From an uncultured Gammaproteobacteria bacterium (GTDB taxonomy: Bacteria > Patescibacteriota > Patescibacteriia > Magasanikbacterales > GWA2-37-8): DNA of 64,000 nucleotides. The stretch covers positions 14,693 to 78,692 of the forward strand of contig CAYXJO010000003.1 in assembly GCA_964465205.1 (NCBI GenBank). The letters run 5' to 3'. Under the pieces are notes generated by a model. It made no database searches. It saw only the letters and a program-made list of their open reading frames with translations, and was not told where the DNA came from. A program made the translations under genes and the position numbers. Of the stretch, positions 47,027-57,756 are shown piece after piece. Positions within the stretch are counted from its first letter, which is position 1. The number at the start of each line of letters is the position of its first letter.

Positions 47027-47632
47027 ATGGAAAATTATATAAAAAAATACATTAATGATTCAACTAAAGCTCTTAACTCCGTGTCGTCTAAGGAAATCGC
47101 CAAAGCCATTAATATTATTGAAGCAGTCTTTGAACGTGATGGTAGAATTTATATTTTTGGTAATGGCGGTTCTTTGGCTTTGGCTACACATTGGGTAAGT
47201 GATTTTAATAAGACTGTTTTTAGTCATAATCTAGATTTACATCAAAGAAGATTTCAGGCGATTAGGTTGCCGTCGACCGAGGAAGAGTTGTCGGCTTGGG
47301 CCAATGATATAGGTTATGATATGGTATTTGCTGGCCCCTTGCAGAATTATTTGCAAGAAACTGATTGTATTATCGCTATCAGCAGTTCCGGAAATTCAGC
47401 TAACATAATAAAGGCTGTAGAATTGGCAAAATCACGACATATACAAGTTATTGGCCTTTCTGGTTTTGATGGAGGTAGATTAAATGAGTTATCTGACGCT
47501 AAAATTTTGATTCCCACAGAGAAGGGGAAGTATGGTTTAGTGGAGGGCGCGCACGCTGTCATACTGCACTTAATTACTGTATATTTTCAGGACTATTTTG
47601 ATCACACTTTAAGAAAGTCGCATGGTCAATAA
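47027..47632 (+). CDS. gmhA: Sedoheptulose 7-phosphate isomerase (SIS domain)
   Basis: GRIYIFGNGGSLALATHWVSDF SIS motif, ~200 aa. Confidence 0.85.
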   Translation: MENYIKKYINDSTKALNSVSSKEIAKAINIIEAVFERDGRIYIFGNGGSLALATHWVSDFNKTVFSHNLDLHQRRFQAIRLPSTEEELSAWANDIGYDMVFAGPLQNYLQETDCIIAISSSGNSANIIKAVELAKSRHIQVIGLSGFDGGRLNELSDAKILIPTEKGKYGLVEGAHAVILHLITVYFQDYFDHTLRKSHGQ

Positions 47633-48113
47633 TTTAAAAAAAATTGTTTTTTTAGATAGAGATGGTGTTGTTAATAAAAAGGCTCCCGAACATGAATATA
47701 TAAAAAGGTTGGGTGAATTTGTTTTTAATGAAGGAATTTTTGAGTTGCTGCGCGATTATCAGAAACAAGGTTTCGAATTTGTAGTAATAACCAACCAAAG
47801 AGGTGTCGCTAGAGGGCACATGACCAATGAAGATGTTTTGGGTATACACGAGTATATGCGAAGCGTAATGAAATTTAGGGGGATAAAATTGTTGGATATT
47901 TTTGTATGTCCGCACGAACAGGATGCGTGTGACTGTCGCAAACCTAAACCGGGAATGTTAGAACAGGCGGTAAAGAAATATTGTATAGATAAAGAAAATT
48001 CTGTACTAATCAGCGATTCGAAGTGTGACATAGAAATGGGAAAAATATTTGGGATTGGTAAAAATGTGTTAGTTAGTACTGATTCGTTAAAAGTTTTAGA
48101 TATTGCGAGATGA
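47622..48113 (+). CDS. gmhB: D,D-heptose 1,7-bisphosphate phosphatase (HAD family)
   Basis: FLDRDGVVNK HAD motif I. VVITNQRG. Zinc-binding CxH...C.CRKPKPGM signature. Confidence 0.85.
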   Translation: MVNNLKKIVFLDRDGVVNKKAPEHEYIKRLGEFVFNEGIFELLRDYQKQGFEFVVITNQRGVARGHMTNEDVLGIHEYMRSVMKFRGIKLLDIFVCPHEQDACDCRKPKPGMLEQAVKKYCIDKENSVLISDSKCDIEMGKIFGIGKNVLVSTDSLKVLDIAR

Positions 48114-48161
48114 CCACTGTGGTTTTGTTTATCAATGTTATAATGTAGATTTAAAAAAAAT

Positions 48162-48854
48162 ATGAAACTCAGTATCATTATACCGGTTTACAACGAAATT
48201 AAAACAATTGACAAAGTATTAGACACTATCAAACACGTTGATGTCCCCGGTTGGGAAAAAGAAATCATTGTGATTGATGATTTCTCTACCGACGGCACTC
48301 GAGAGCGCTTGCGAGCTATGAACACTAATTTCACAATGCTCTATCACGATACCAATCGTGGTAAGGGGGCAGCGTTACGCACTGGTTTTGCTCAAGCGAC
48401 CGGTGATTATGTGGTTATTCAAGATGCTGATTTGGAATATGACTCCAATGAATATGTTAATTTGTTGGCTCCGGTGGATAAATACCAAGCTGATGTTGTG
48501 TTGGGTTCGCGTTTCATGGGCGGCGAAGCCCATCGTGTGGTATATTTTTGGCACTATGTTGGGAATAAGATTTTAACAGTTTTTTCTAACATGTTTACCA
48601 ATTTGAATGTGAGTGATATGGAAACTTGTTATAAATTAGTTAAAAGAGATATTCTGTCGCGTATTAAATTAGAACAAGATCGTTTTGGTTTTGAACCGGA
48701 AATCATGGCTAAATTATCCAAAATTAAAGATATCAAAATTTTTGAAGTAGGCATTTCTTATAATGGTCGCACCTACGCCGAAGGGAAGAAGATAACCTGG
48801 AAAGATGGTTTTAAAGCGCTTTATTGCATTGTTAAATATGGGTTATTTAATTAA
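48162..48854 (+). CDS. GT2 polyprenol-phosphate glycosyltransferase (DPM1/GtrB-like)
   Basis: LSIIIPVYNE, VIDDFSTDGT, DADLEYD (DxD). Confidence 0.8.
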   Translation: MKLSIIIPVYNEIKTIDKVLDTIKHVDVPGWEKEIIVIDDFSTDGTRERLRAMNTNFTMLYHDTNRGKGAALRTGFAQATGDYVVIQDADLEYDSNEYVNLLAPVDKYQADVVLGSRFMGGEAHRVVYFWHYVGNKILTVFSNMFTNLNVSDMETCYKLVKRDILSRIKLEQDRFGFEPEIMAKLSKIKDIKIFEVGISYNGRTYAEGKKITWKDGFKALYCIVKYGLFN

Positions 48855-50010
48855 TCTATTCAAACGTAAACCGTGGTTGATTTTGTTGGTGCTGGCCACT
48901 ACCAATTTAATTATTTTTTGGCGTTTATTCGGTTTCCATATCAACAATGATACCGAGGGTTTTATATATTTGATTGATTTTTTCAAAGGTAAAGTAGATT
49001 ATTTTGCTTATCAAAATCGTTATCTTAATCCGTTCTATGCTGTGGTGTCCTCAACTTTTTTGTTTTTTCTTTCTGCTACGCAGAGTTTGATATTGATAAA
49101 CATTGTATTTTATTTCGGTTTAGTATTTGTTACTTATGATTTACTCGGCAGAGTATTCAAGAATCGTATGGTTGGTTTGGTGAGTGCACTATTTGTCATG
49201 ACTGCCTATCCCATGTTGCGTTACGCCCTTACACAAGTACAGGATGTTGGCGGGTATTTTTGGTTTCTATTTACTATTTATTGTGGCTGGTGTTGGTGGG
49301 AAGACAAAAATTGGCGCTGGTTATTTGTGGGGAGTGTATCTGTATCTTTTGGGGTACTCACCAAAGAGAGCGGTTGTATGGGGGCGTTATTTGTAGGAAT
49401 TTTGTTTTTGATTAATCAAGTGTCATGGAAAAATAAGTTGACGCACATATTTTTATTTTCTGTTTTGCCTCTAATTGCCATTGTTGTCAACAATATCCGG
49501 GGCGCCGATGTTGCCTATAATTCTGGCCGCTGGTTTATTTGGAATTGGCAAATCTACGCAAAACAACATTATACGTTTATTAAATGGTTCGGTGTCAATG
49601 TTACGACCTATAATATTTTGTGGATTTTTGTTTTAATCGGGTTATATTTTTTATACAAAAATTGGCACACGATAGATAAAAATATTAAAATTTATTTTTT
49701 GGCAATAGTTCCGTCCAGTCTGTCGTATTTTGCATGGCCAATATTTATTGGTCGAACAGTATTTATATCGGCTTGGCTATTTATTGCAATTGCAGCTTAC
49801 GGAATATTGGAATGGTATCGAATTGCTAATCGATATCGGTGGGTGGTTTTGGTGTCATTGGTAGTGTGTTTGTTGTCTCCTTATCTATTACAAATTACGC
49901 TTCGGTATGCTAATATATTTGGTATAATGGAGCAGTGCAGGTATTATCCTGGATGTGTTTGGCGCATCTTTTGGGAGAACCGAGAAAGTTATAGTAAATT
50001 AGGAATTTAA
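48838..50010 (+). CDS. Polytopic membrane protein, probable GT-C glycosyltransferase (PMT/ArnT-like), partner of upstream GT2
   Basis: ~390 aa, >10 TM, Trp/Phe-rich. Alternative start 48805. Confidence 0.45.
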   Translation: MGYLINLFKRKPWLILLVLATTNLIIFWRLFGFHINNDTEGFIYLIDFFKGKVDYFAYQNRYLNPFYAVVSSTFLFFLSATQSLILINIVFYFGLVFVTYDLLGRVFKNRMVGLVSALFVMTAYPMLRYALTQVQDVGGYFWFLFTIYCGWCWWEDKNWRWLFVGSVSVSFGVLTKESGCMGALFVGILFLINQVSWKNKLTHIFLFSVLPLIAIVVNNIRGADVAYNSGRWFIWNWQIYAKQHYTFIKWFGVNVTTYNILWIFVLIGLYFLYKNWHTIDKNIKIYFLAIVPSSLSYFAWPIFIGRTVFISAWLFIAIAAYGILEWYRIANRYRWVVLVSLVVCLLSPYLLQITLRYANIFGIMEQCRYYPGCVWRIFWENRESYSKLGI

Positions 50011-50016
50011 TTTTTT

Positions 50017-50829
50017 ATGTTATCTGCTTGCTTGGTGGTCTACAATGAAGAAAAAATGATCGCCCGTTGTTTGGACAGCATCAAAGATTTGGTTGATGAA
50101 ATTATTGTTATTCACGACGGTGAGTGTAGTGACCGTACTTTGGAAATCGCTAGAAAATATACTGATAAAATTTTTGTGCAGCCACATATTGGGGAAGCGG
50201 AAGAACATCGAGTTTTCGCCTTAAATCAAGCAAAAGGTGATTGGGTATTACAAATTGATGCGGATGAATATTTAGATATCACTGATCATGAACGGATAAA
50301 ACAACTAATAAGCCACGATGAATATAATGGTTTCTTGTTAAAATGGGAACTTTGGGACGGGAAAAAAGCCATCACTTTCTCGGGTTTAAAGAAACTGTGT
50401 TTATACAAAAAAGATCATTTCCATTACATCGGTGTACCGCATGATTCGGGCTTGGTAGATGGTGGCGTTCAATCATTAGACATATTTTTGCATCACCGTC
50501 CGGCGTATAATAACGTCGCTTGGTCTGCTTTTTTGAAAAAAACGAAAAAATGGGTGCCAATTCACGCGAAATATTTTTTTCCCGAATTAGCAAGGATCAA
50601 ATGTTTTAATATTAGTCCAGAAAAATGGGTTAATTACACTAAACAGGTTAGAAGACATCCGATTTTTTTTATAGTTTTTCACCCTTTAAAAATATTTTTT
50701 GGCCAACTTAAGAATGGTCTGGGAACAAATTTTACCGGACTCAATCTGTTATTACAGCAATATTGGTATTACGTCCTACTTTATTTACGAATATGGTCAT
50801 TAAATAAAAAAAATAAAAATACATTATGA
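50017..50829 (+). CDS. GT2-like glycosyltransferase
   Basis: [36 protein letters not shown]; QIDADEY (DxD). Confidence 0.6.
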   Translation: MLSACLVVYNEEKMIARCLDSIKDLVDEIIVIHDGECSDRTLEIARKYTDKIFVQPHIGEAEEHRVFALNQAKGDWVLQIDADEYLDITDHERIKQLISHDEYNGFLLKWELWDGKKAITFSGLKKLCLYKKDHFHYIGVPHDSGLVDGGVQSLDIFLHHRPAYNNVAWSAFLKKTKKWVPIHAKYFFPELARIKCFNISPEKWVNYTKQVRRHPIFFIVFHPLKIFFGQLKNGLGTNFTGLNLLLQQYWYYVLLYLRIWSLNKKNKNTL

Positions 50830-51467
50830 GTTTATTTTCAAAATTGTTAAGTAGAATAGAACTTTTTTGGCGGTGCCTAGGTAAAACACATGGTCAAATT
50901 GAAGCGCTCAGGGCAAGATATTTTTTAACCAAAAATTCTTTTTGTAATAATGTTGTGACAGTAGGAGACTGGACGTATGTTCATCCTAGTGCGCGTGTAT
51001 ATGCTTGGAGGCAAGAAGAAAAATGCCGGATTGGAAAATTTTGCTCAATAGCTAGTCAAGTAAAAATTATCGTCGGGGGCAATCATGATCATAAAAATAA
51101 GGTTTCCAACTATCCTTTACAAGCTAAGTTTTTTAGAAGTATTGATTTAGAATCGTCTACCAAAGGTCCGGTCGTTATTGGCAACGATGTCTGGATTGGA
51201 ATGAATGCGACAATTTTATCCGGTGTAAATATTGGTGATGGAGCCGTGATCGGTGCTCAATCAGTGATTGCCAAGGACGTTCCACCATATGCCATCGTGG
51301 TTGGTAACCCTGCCAGAATCGTAGGTGCCAGATTTAATGAAGAAATTATTGGTAAATTGATGAAAATTCGATGGTGGGACTGGACAGATCTAGAGATAAG
51401 AGATCGAGTCGGTGATTTTGAGGTCGGCGCAGTAGATGATTTTGTTAGGAAGTATCAAATTATTTAG
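50826..51467 (+). CDS. Hexapeptide-repeat (LbH) acetyltransferase, Vat/CatB-like sugar O-acetyltransferase
   Basis: [44 protein letters not shown] left-handed beta-helix repeats. Confidence 0.75.
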   Translation: MSLFSKLLSRIELFWRCLGKTHGQIEALRARYFLTKNSFCNNVVTVGDWTYVHPSARVYAWRQEEKCRIGKFCSIASQVKIIVGGNHDHKNKVSNYPLQAKFFRSIDLESSTKGPVVIGNDVWIGMNATILSGVNIGDGAVIGAQSVIAKDVPPYAIVVGNPARIVGARFNEEIIGKLMKIRWWDWTDLEIRDRVGDFEVGAVDDFVRKYQII

Positions 51468-51475
51468 TCGATTAT

Positions 51476-52144
51476 ATGTCTTCAAAAATGGTTTATTATT
51501 TTTTAAAAGACGCGACCAGTACGCACATGTTGATATTAAATCAAGTTGACCACAATAGTAAGGTGTTGGACATTGGTTGTGCTGGTGGGTATTTGGGCGA
51601 GTATCTGATTAAACAAAAAAAATGTGAGGTTTATGGTATTGAACCAGATACTGATTCTGCCCAAGATGCCCAACAAAGGGGGTATGTAAGAATAATAAAT
51701 AAGAACGCGGAAGAGGGCATTGCAGAATTGGCAGGAATACATTTTGACTACATTATTTTAGCTGATGTATTGGAACATCTTGTCGAACCAGAACTAGTAT
51801 TGCAGAAAATAAAAAACAATTTAGCTCCCAACGGAAAAGTAATTATCTCTTTGCCAAATATAGCACATTATTCTGTGCGGCTATCATTGTTATTAGGGAG
51901 GTGGAACATGAAAGATTGTGGTATTATGGATAAAACTCACCTTCATTTTTATACTTTAAAGACAGCTAAGATGTTAATTGAACGGTGTGGTTTAGAGGTT
52001 TTAAATTTTCGACCCAGAGGCGATCTCGAAACTTGGTTTAAAAAAATAAATATGGAGTGGTTGGGGAAAAAGATATTATTCGGGTGGTCAGAATTATTTG
52101 CTGTTCAATTTATTTTTTTAGGTAGAATAAATAATAATAAGTAA
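51476..52144 (+). CDS. Class I SAM-dependent methyltransferase (paralog of 40765..41424)
   Basis: VLDIGCAGGYLGEY; ILADVLEHLVEP; colinear with the 40765 gene. Confidence 0.75.
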   Translation: MSSKMVYYFLKDATSTHMLILNQVDHNSKVLDIGCAGGYLGEYLIKQKKCEVYGIEPDTDSAQDAQQRGYVRIINKNAEEGIAELAGIHFDYIILADVLEHLVEPELVLQKIKNNLAPNGKVIISLPNIAHYSVRLSLLLGRWNMKDCGIMDKTHLHFYTLKTAKMLIERCGLEVLNFRPRGDLETWFKKINMEWLGKKILFGWSELFAVQFIFLGRINNNK

Positions 52145-52209
52145 ATTTTAAATCAGGAGTTATTTTGCCTGATGCGATTATAATATATAAAATATTTAAG
52201 ACAGTTCAT

Positions 52210-52833
52210 ATGCAAAATCAGCATTATTGGGATCAGTATTGGCGAGAAAATAAAAACAAAGAAACCCTCTTTAATACTTTAGTAGCCTTTGCTCGCAAAT
52301 ATTATTTTGCCAGAGCTTTTGCCAAATTTATCAATAAACATTATCCGGTAGCTGGTAAAACTGTGTGTGAAATTGGTGTGGGGTCAGGATTGACCATGAG
52401 TTATCTCAAAAAAATGGGTGCCAAGAAATGTGTAGGATTGGATTATTCGCAGGAGTCGATCAAGATGGCGAAAGATGCCAATCCGGATTGTGAATTTGTT
52501 TTTGCGGATGCGTTTAATAATAATCTGCCAGATAAGCAATTTGATATTATTTATTCCTTGGGCTTGTTGGAACATTACAATAAAGATGAACAGCGCGCCT
52601 TGATTGCCGAACAAAAACGTTTGGCCAAGGAATGTGTCTTTATCGAGGTGCCTTACGATGTTTTTTACTTTCGGTGGCTATTTGCGATTAATCGTCGCTT
52701 GGGTCGCACCAATACATTTAGTGACGAAGAGCTTTTTACTAAAAAAACCTTTAAGGATTTAGGTTTGACTGGCAAGAGTTATTTGATGCCGTCTGCCGGG
52801 TATCTTACTATTGGCCATTTCGAATTTTTATAA
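52210..52833 (+). CDS. Class I SAM-dependent methyltransferase
   Basis: CEIGVGSGLTMSYL motif I; LGLLEHY. TTG at 52165 possible. Confidence 0.65.
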   Translation: MQNQHYWDQYWRENKNKETLFNTLVAFARKYYFARAFAKFINKHYPVAGKTVCEIGVGSGLTMSYLKKMGAKKCVGLDYSQESIKMAKDANPDCEFVFADAFNNNLPDKQFDIIYSLGLLEHYNKDEQRALIAEQKRLAKECVFIEVPYDVFYFRWLFAINRRLGRTNTFSDEELFTKKTFKDLGLTGKSYLMPSAGYLTIGHFEFL

Positions 52834-52839
52834 TTTTTT

Positions 52840-54324
52840 ATGTTTATCCATAATGAGTGGTGTAAAAAAATTTTTGCCTATAAATATTTTGATTATATTT
52901 TAGTGACCATCACCGCTTTGACAGTTGGCATGTTTAGGTTGGCGCGTCCAAGTTTGTGGCTTGATGAGGCGATTAGTATAGTGTGGGCTGCCAAAAAACC
53001 ATTATTGTGGATCTGGGAGAATGTTCCCAAGTCGGACCTGCATCCGCCGCTATACTACTCCGTATTGCACTTTTGGCAGTTGGTATTTGGCGATTCGGTA
53101 TTTTCAATTAGAAGTTTATCGGTGTTGTTTTTTGTGGGCAGTAGCATTTTAATCTATTTTTGGGTCAATCGATTATTCAATTCGCGTCGTATTGCCATAC
53201 TCACTAGTTTGATTTTTATCACCAATCCTTTCGCGGTTTTGTATGCCCAAGAGGTGAGATCTTATTCTTTCTTGATTTTTTGTTTGCTTTTGAATAGTTG
53301 GTTTTTTTATTCAATACTATTCCTGAATAATAATTCCAAAAAATATCTACTTGGTTATTTTTTAACTGCGTTAATTTTGTCATATACCAATGTGTTGGTT
53401 TTGTTTGGGTTTACTTCCCACTTTATCATTTTGCTGTTCCATAAAGACAAAAGGCAGTTTAAAAAACTATTTTTATGTTACGTGGTATTGGCACTAGCCT
53501 ATATTCCGGTATTAAAGATATTATCCAGTGCAAATAGCTTTGACTACTCCTACTATTATAAAGAAAATTTTAATATATTTTTGAAAGCCGTGGTGGCTAT
53601 TTCTGGTTTTATCGGTGCCAGAATTAATGTGTTAAACGGCAAACAACATATTTATGGTTTGTTGGCGCTTAGTTTACTAATATATTTTGGTGTTTTTTTG
53701 TTGTTGGTGTGGCGAATCAGATTAATTAATAAATTCATCTTGAGTTTTTTTGTTCTATCTTTTGGGATGACTTTGATTGCCTCACATATCAAATTCCCCG
53801 TGCCTGATCCAAAGTATTTTTATGTTGCTTTTCCATTTTTTATTTTATTGGTTGGCAATACCATGGCTATTACTAATAAAAAAATAAGTTGGATTATTTT
53901 TTCCGTGGTATTGATTTTGAATTTGGTTTTTTTATATAATTATTTTTTTGTTAAGTCATATGAACGAGAGAATTGGAAGAGCGCTGTCGGAATGATTGAA
54001 AACGACTATACTTCTCACAAGTTTGTTCGTGGATTATCCATTACCCCGAGTAGTTTATTTTATACCCCCTGGTCTTACTACAGTCATCACCTGATGCCGG
54101 AATCCAGCTTTTTACAATACGGTAATTCAACTTCCTCTATTCAGCGAGTTTATTCGGAGTATGGTGGCTCACAAAACGACGTGATATACCTGTCGCGTTT
54201 TCTTTCCAACATGTATGATCCTAGTGATAGTATTTACAATTTTCTTATTAGTCAGGGCTACGAAAAAACACAGGTATTTCAAGATACCAAGGTGGAATTT
54301 TGGCGATTGGAAAAAATTAAATAA
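52840..54324 (+). CDS. GT-C family membrane glycosyltransferase (PMT_2 / ArnT / GT39-83-like)
   Basis: RPSLWLDEAISIVWA (conserved DE-containing first periplasmic loop of PMT/ArnT family), ~12 TM, 494 aa. Confidence 0.6.
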   Translation: MFIHNEWCKKIFAYKYFDYILVTITALTVGMFRLARPSLWLDEAISIVWAAKKPLLWIWENVPKSDLHPPLYYSVLHFWQLVFGDSVFSIRSLSVLFFVGSSILIYFWVNRLFNSRRIAILTSLIFITNPFAVLYAQEVRSYSFLIFCLLLNSWFFYSILFLNNNSKKYLLGYFLTALILSYTNVLVLFGFTSHFIILLFHKDKRQFKKLFLCYVVLALAYIPVLKILSSANSFDYSYYYKENFNIFLKAVVAISGFIGARINVLNGKQHIYGLLALSLLIYFGVFLLLVWRIRLINKFILSFFVLSFGMTLIASHIKFPVPDPKYFYVAFPFFILLVGNTMAITNKKISWIIFSVVLILNLVFLYNYFFVKSYERENWKSAVGMIENDYTSHKFVRGLSITPSSLFYTPWSYYSHHLMPESSFLQYGNSTSSIQRVYSEYGGSQNDVIYLSRFLSNMYDPSDSIYNFLISQGYEKTQVFQDTKVEFWRLEKIK

Positions 54325-54345
54325 TGTGATAAGGTAATCTCGAGT

Positions 54346-55209
54346 ATGCGAATACCAGTTTCTACAATAATGCTTAGTTACAACACTAAAGATTTAACTC
54401 GTAAAGCTTTGAAGGCGTTATTTTGTGGTTCGGCCATACCTGCGCAGGTTATTGTTGTAGATAATAATTCTCAAGATGGTAGTGCAGCGATGGTTAGAAG
54501 TGAATTTCCGCAAGTAACTTTGATTGAAAATGAAGATAATATAGGTTTTGCTAAAGCCAACAATTTGGCCATTAGACAGTATGTTGATCAGCCGTATATT
54601 TGGCTTTTGAATAGCGATACTGAAGTAGGGAAGGATAGTTTGCTGAATTTGTTTGATTATTTAGAAGCACATAAAGAAGTTGTGGGTGTCGAGCCGTCGT
54701 TGGTGTATCCCGACAGATCGTTGCAATCGGTGGGCGGATTTTTTCCAACTTCAACCAATGTTCTATTATACTTATTTCCCGTTTCATTCTTTTTTCCACA
54801 AACTTTAAAGCGCAAAATACGCGGAATGTCTTTGTACCCACAGCCGATTCCAGAAACGGGATTGCTTTTGGATTATATTACGGGTGCGGCTAGTATGTTT
54901 CGTCGTTCGATATTAGACGAGGTGGGATTATTGGGGGAGGAGTATTTTATGTACTTTGAAGAAACTGATTTATGCTGGAGAATAAAACAGGCCGGACATA
55001 AGTTGTTAGCTGTCAACACTGATCCGGTAATGCATGTTTATGGGGGTAGCTATAAGAAAAAAACCGACCCTAATCGTTTAAAAATTTTTTTGCAAAGTTT
55101 AAAAATATTTGTCAATAAAAATTACACTGGTTTTAGAAAATATTTTATTCTCGCAGAAATATTTTTGTTTGGCCGATTAAGTATTTGGATAAAAGGACTA
55201 AAAAAATAA
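54346..55209 (+). CDS. GT2 glycosyltransferase
   Basis: VSTIMLSYNT, VVDNNSQDGS, NSDTEV (DxD). Confidence 0.8.
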   Translation: MRIPVSTIMLSYNTKDLTRKALKALFCGSAIPAQVIVVDNNSQDGSAAMVRSEFPQVTLIENEDNIGFAKANNLAIRQYVDQPYIWLLNSDTEVGKDSLLNLFDYLEAHKEVVGVEPSLVYPDRSLQSVGGFFPTSTNVLLYLFPVSFFFPQTLKRKIRGMSLYPQPIPETGLLLDYITGAASMFRRSILDEVGLLGEEYFMYFEETDLCWRIKQAGHKLLAVNTDPVMHVYGGSYKKKTDPNRLKIFLQSLKIFVNKNYTGFRKYFILAEIFLFGRLSIWIKGLKK

Positions 55210-55213
55210 TTGT

Positions 55214-56173
55214 ATGTTTTCTCTAGTAATCACAGTTTTAAACGAGCGTCAAAACCTGCAACGTTGGTTGGAGAGTATTTTGAATCAAACCGTACTGCCC
55301 GATGAAATAGTTGTGGTTGATGGCGGTTCGACTGATGGTACGCGGGAATTACTTGATAGTTTTGCTGCGCAAAATAAAATTTTGAAAGTTTTTAGTAAAC
55401 CGGGCAATATTGCCTCGGGGAGAAACTATGGTATCAGCCAGGCCAGCAGCGATATCATTGTGGTAACAGATGCTGGTTGTATTTATAATAAAGAGTGGTT
55501 TCGTAAACTAACAAACGTGTTTGCTAATCCCAATGTGGCGTGGGCCGCCTCGGCTTTTGGTCCTTGGTTGGAGCGTGAAGATAACATGGGAAAATATTTG
55601 ATTGCTGCCGCTACCACCCCTGCCCCGAGTGAATTTAGAAAAGATTGGTTGCCATCTAGTCGATCAGTGGCTTTTCGCAAAGATGTTTGGGAGAAAGTAG
55701 GTAGTTATCCGGAATGGATTCCAATTTGTGAGGATATAGTTTTTGATTTGGCGATTATCAAATTATTTGGCAAGCCGACATTAGTGCGAGAGCCCTTGGT
55801 GTTCTGGCGTCCCAGACCGAATTGGCGCGCGTTTTTGAAACAGTTGTATCGCTATACCAAAAGTGATGGCCATGGCAATTTGTGGCTAGGGCGACAATTA
55901 ACCAGGTATACTGTTTATGGAGCTGCTGTCATTTTGTTGTGGTTGGCGGGGGATGTTAGTTGGTTATTTGTTTGGCCGATTATTTTGGGGTTATTTGTTT
56001 ATTGTTGGAAATTTTGGAAACGTTGGTTGGTGTTTACTCAGACACTGCCGACTATACCGAGACTGATTGGTTTGGTTGTTTTACCCATAGTTATTGCTTT
56101 GGGAGACTGTGCAAAAATGGCTGGTTGGCCGGTTGGGGTTTATGAAAGAATAATGCATAAAAAATATGTTTAA
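55214..56173 (+). CDS. GT2 glycosyltransferase with C-terminal membrane anchor
   Basis: LVITVLNE, VVDGGSTDGT, VTDAGC; C-terminal TM helices. Confidence 0.75.
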   Translation: MFSLVITVLNERQNLQRWLESILNQTVLPDEIVVVDGGSTDGTRELLDSFAAQNKILKVFSKPGNIASGRNYGISQASSDIIVVTDAGCIYNKEWFRKLTNVFANPNVAWAASAFGPWLEREDNMGKYLIAAATTPAPSEFRKDWLPSSRSVAFRKDVWEKVGSYPEWIPICEDIVFDLAIIKLFGKPTLVREPLVFWRPRPNWRAFLKQLYRYTKSDGHGNLWLGRQLTRYTVYGAAVILLWLAGDVSWLFVWPIILGLFVYCWKFWKRWLVFTQTLPTIPRLIGLVVLPIVIALGDCAKMAGWPVGVYERIMHKKYV

Positions 56174-56894
56174 TACTGTTTTTTTAGTATTGATCTCATT
56201 GTTGGCAATATATTTAATTTGGTTTTTGTTGAGGATGTTGTTTTGTCTGGTCTATGTGAAACTGGCTCAGCACCGCAAGACAAATAGTAATCAATCGGGG
56301 GTTGTTGAATCAAAGGAAGTATCTGGTAGCCAACAAAACAAAATAAAAAAAATTATAGCAGTAGCTGTTAGTGGATTTTTTCGTTACCAAATTATTATTG
56401 TTGGTAGAATTCCGTCGCATTTTATTAGAAAATTTTTATATCGTCATGTATTTGGTATGAAAATAGGTTCACGAGCGGTGATTTATAGTGGTGCAGAAAT
56501 TCGCAGTCCGTGGAATATTACAATCGACGAAGGTACTATTATTGGCGATGAAAGCAAGTTGGATGGTCGCAATGGTTTGATTATTGGTAAAAATGTGAAT
56601 TTGAGTACTGGTGTTTGGCTTTGGACCGATGAGCACGATGTGAATGATCCATATTTTCGCAGTAATAATAAAGGTGGACCAATCGTAATTGCTGATCGTG
56701 TATGGCTGGGTGGGCGTGTGATTGTATTACCTGGAGTAAAATTGGCTGAAGGCGCGGTGGTGGCGTCTGGGGCGGTAGTGACAAAAGACGTGGACCAATA
56801 TACTATAGTGGGTGGCGTACCTGCCAGGCCAATAGGCGAACGCAATCGTGATTTAAAATACGAATTTGATGGTAGTCATTTGTGGTTTTATTAA
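56166..56894 (+). CDS. Hexapeptide-repeat acetyltransferase with N-terminal TM anchor (WcaF/WbbJ-like)
   Basis: N-terminal TM, then IGKNVNLSTGVWLWT...VWLGGRVIVLPGVKLAEGAVVASGAVV LbH repeats. Confidence 0.7.
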   Translation: MFNTVFLVLISLLAIYLIWFLLRMLFCLVYVKLAQHRKTNSNQSGVVESKEVSGSQQNKIKKIIAVAVSGFFRYQIIIVGRIPSHFIRKFLYRHVFGMKIGSRAVIYSGAEIRSPWNITIDEGTIIGDESKLDGRNGLIIGKNVNLSTGVWLWTDEHDVNDPYFRSNNKGGPIVIADRVWLGGRVIVLPGVKLAEGAVVASGAVVTKDVDQYTIVGGVPARPIGERNRDLKYEFDGSHLWFY

Positions 56895-56897
56895 ATT

Positions 56898-57755
56898 ATG
56901 AAATTATCAATCATTATAGTCAATTGGAATACCGAGGAATTGTTGCGCCAGCTTTTGGTCATGATTTCTCGTTATGTGGTCGGATTAGATTATGAAGTAA
57001 TAGTGGTAGATAATAATTCTGGTGACGACAGTGTCACAATGTTGAAAAAAGAATTTCCGCAAGTGAAATTAATCGCCAATGACGATAACTTAGGTTTTGC
57101 CAAAGCCAATAATCAAGGGATGGCTGTTGCTTCGGGAGAGTACATGATGTTGCTAAACACAGATATCATATTGCATAATAATGCTATTGGAATGTTGGTT
57201 GACTTTTTAGATACACATCCAGACGTTACCATGGTTGGCCCGCAATTACTCAATAAAGACGGTACTTTCCAGCATGCCTGCCGGCGTAATTTGCCTAATC
57301 CTATTAATTCATTTTTTCATATCTTTGGCTTTACAAAGATATTTAAACACAGTAAACTGGTTAGTGGTTACAAGCGTCAAAATGATGATCCAAATACTAC
57401 TGGCCCAACCGAGGCTATTTCTGGTGCGGCAATGATGTTTCGACGTGGTTTTTATGAAGCCTGTGGGGGGTTAGATGAGAACTTTTTCTTTTACGGAGAA
57501 GACATCGATTTTTGTAAACGAGTGTATGACAGTGGTGGGCAAATAGTATACGTGAGCGCTGCCAAGATAGTGCATTTGGGAGGAGAAAGTAGCAAAAAAC
57601 GCCGTCGAAGTGCACTCAGTAATTTTTATGATGCAATGTGGCGTTATTATCGCAAACATTTTTATCATCAGCACAATTTGGTTCTGAATATTGTGGTGTG
57701 GGTGGGCATAAAATTGAGATTGGGTATAGCTATAGTGATAAATTATTTTAAATAA
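56898..57755 (+). CDS. GT2 glycosyltransferase
   Basis: [26 protein letters not shown]. Confidence 0.8.
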   Translation: MKLSIIIVNWNTEELLRQLLVMISRYVVGLDYEVIVVDNNSGDDSVTMLKKEFPQVKLIANDDNLGFAKANNQGMAVASGEYMMLLNTDIILHNNAIGMLVDFLDTHPDVTMVGPQLLNKDGTFQHACRRNLPNPINSFFHIFGFTKIFKHSKLVSGYKRQNDDPNTTGPTEAISGAAMMFRRGFYEACGGLDENFFFYGEDIDFCKRVYDSGGQIVYVSAAKIVHLGGESSKKRRRSALSNFYDAMWRYYRKHFYHQHNLVLNIVVWVGIKLRLGIAIVINYFK

Positions 57756-57756
57756 T

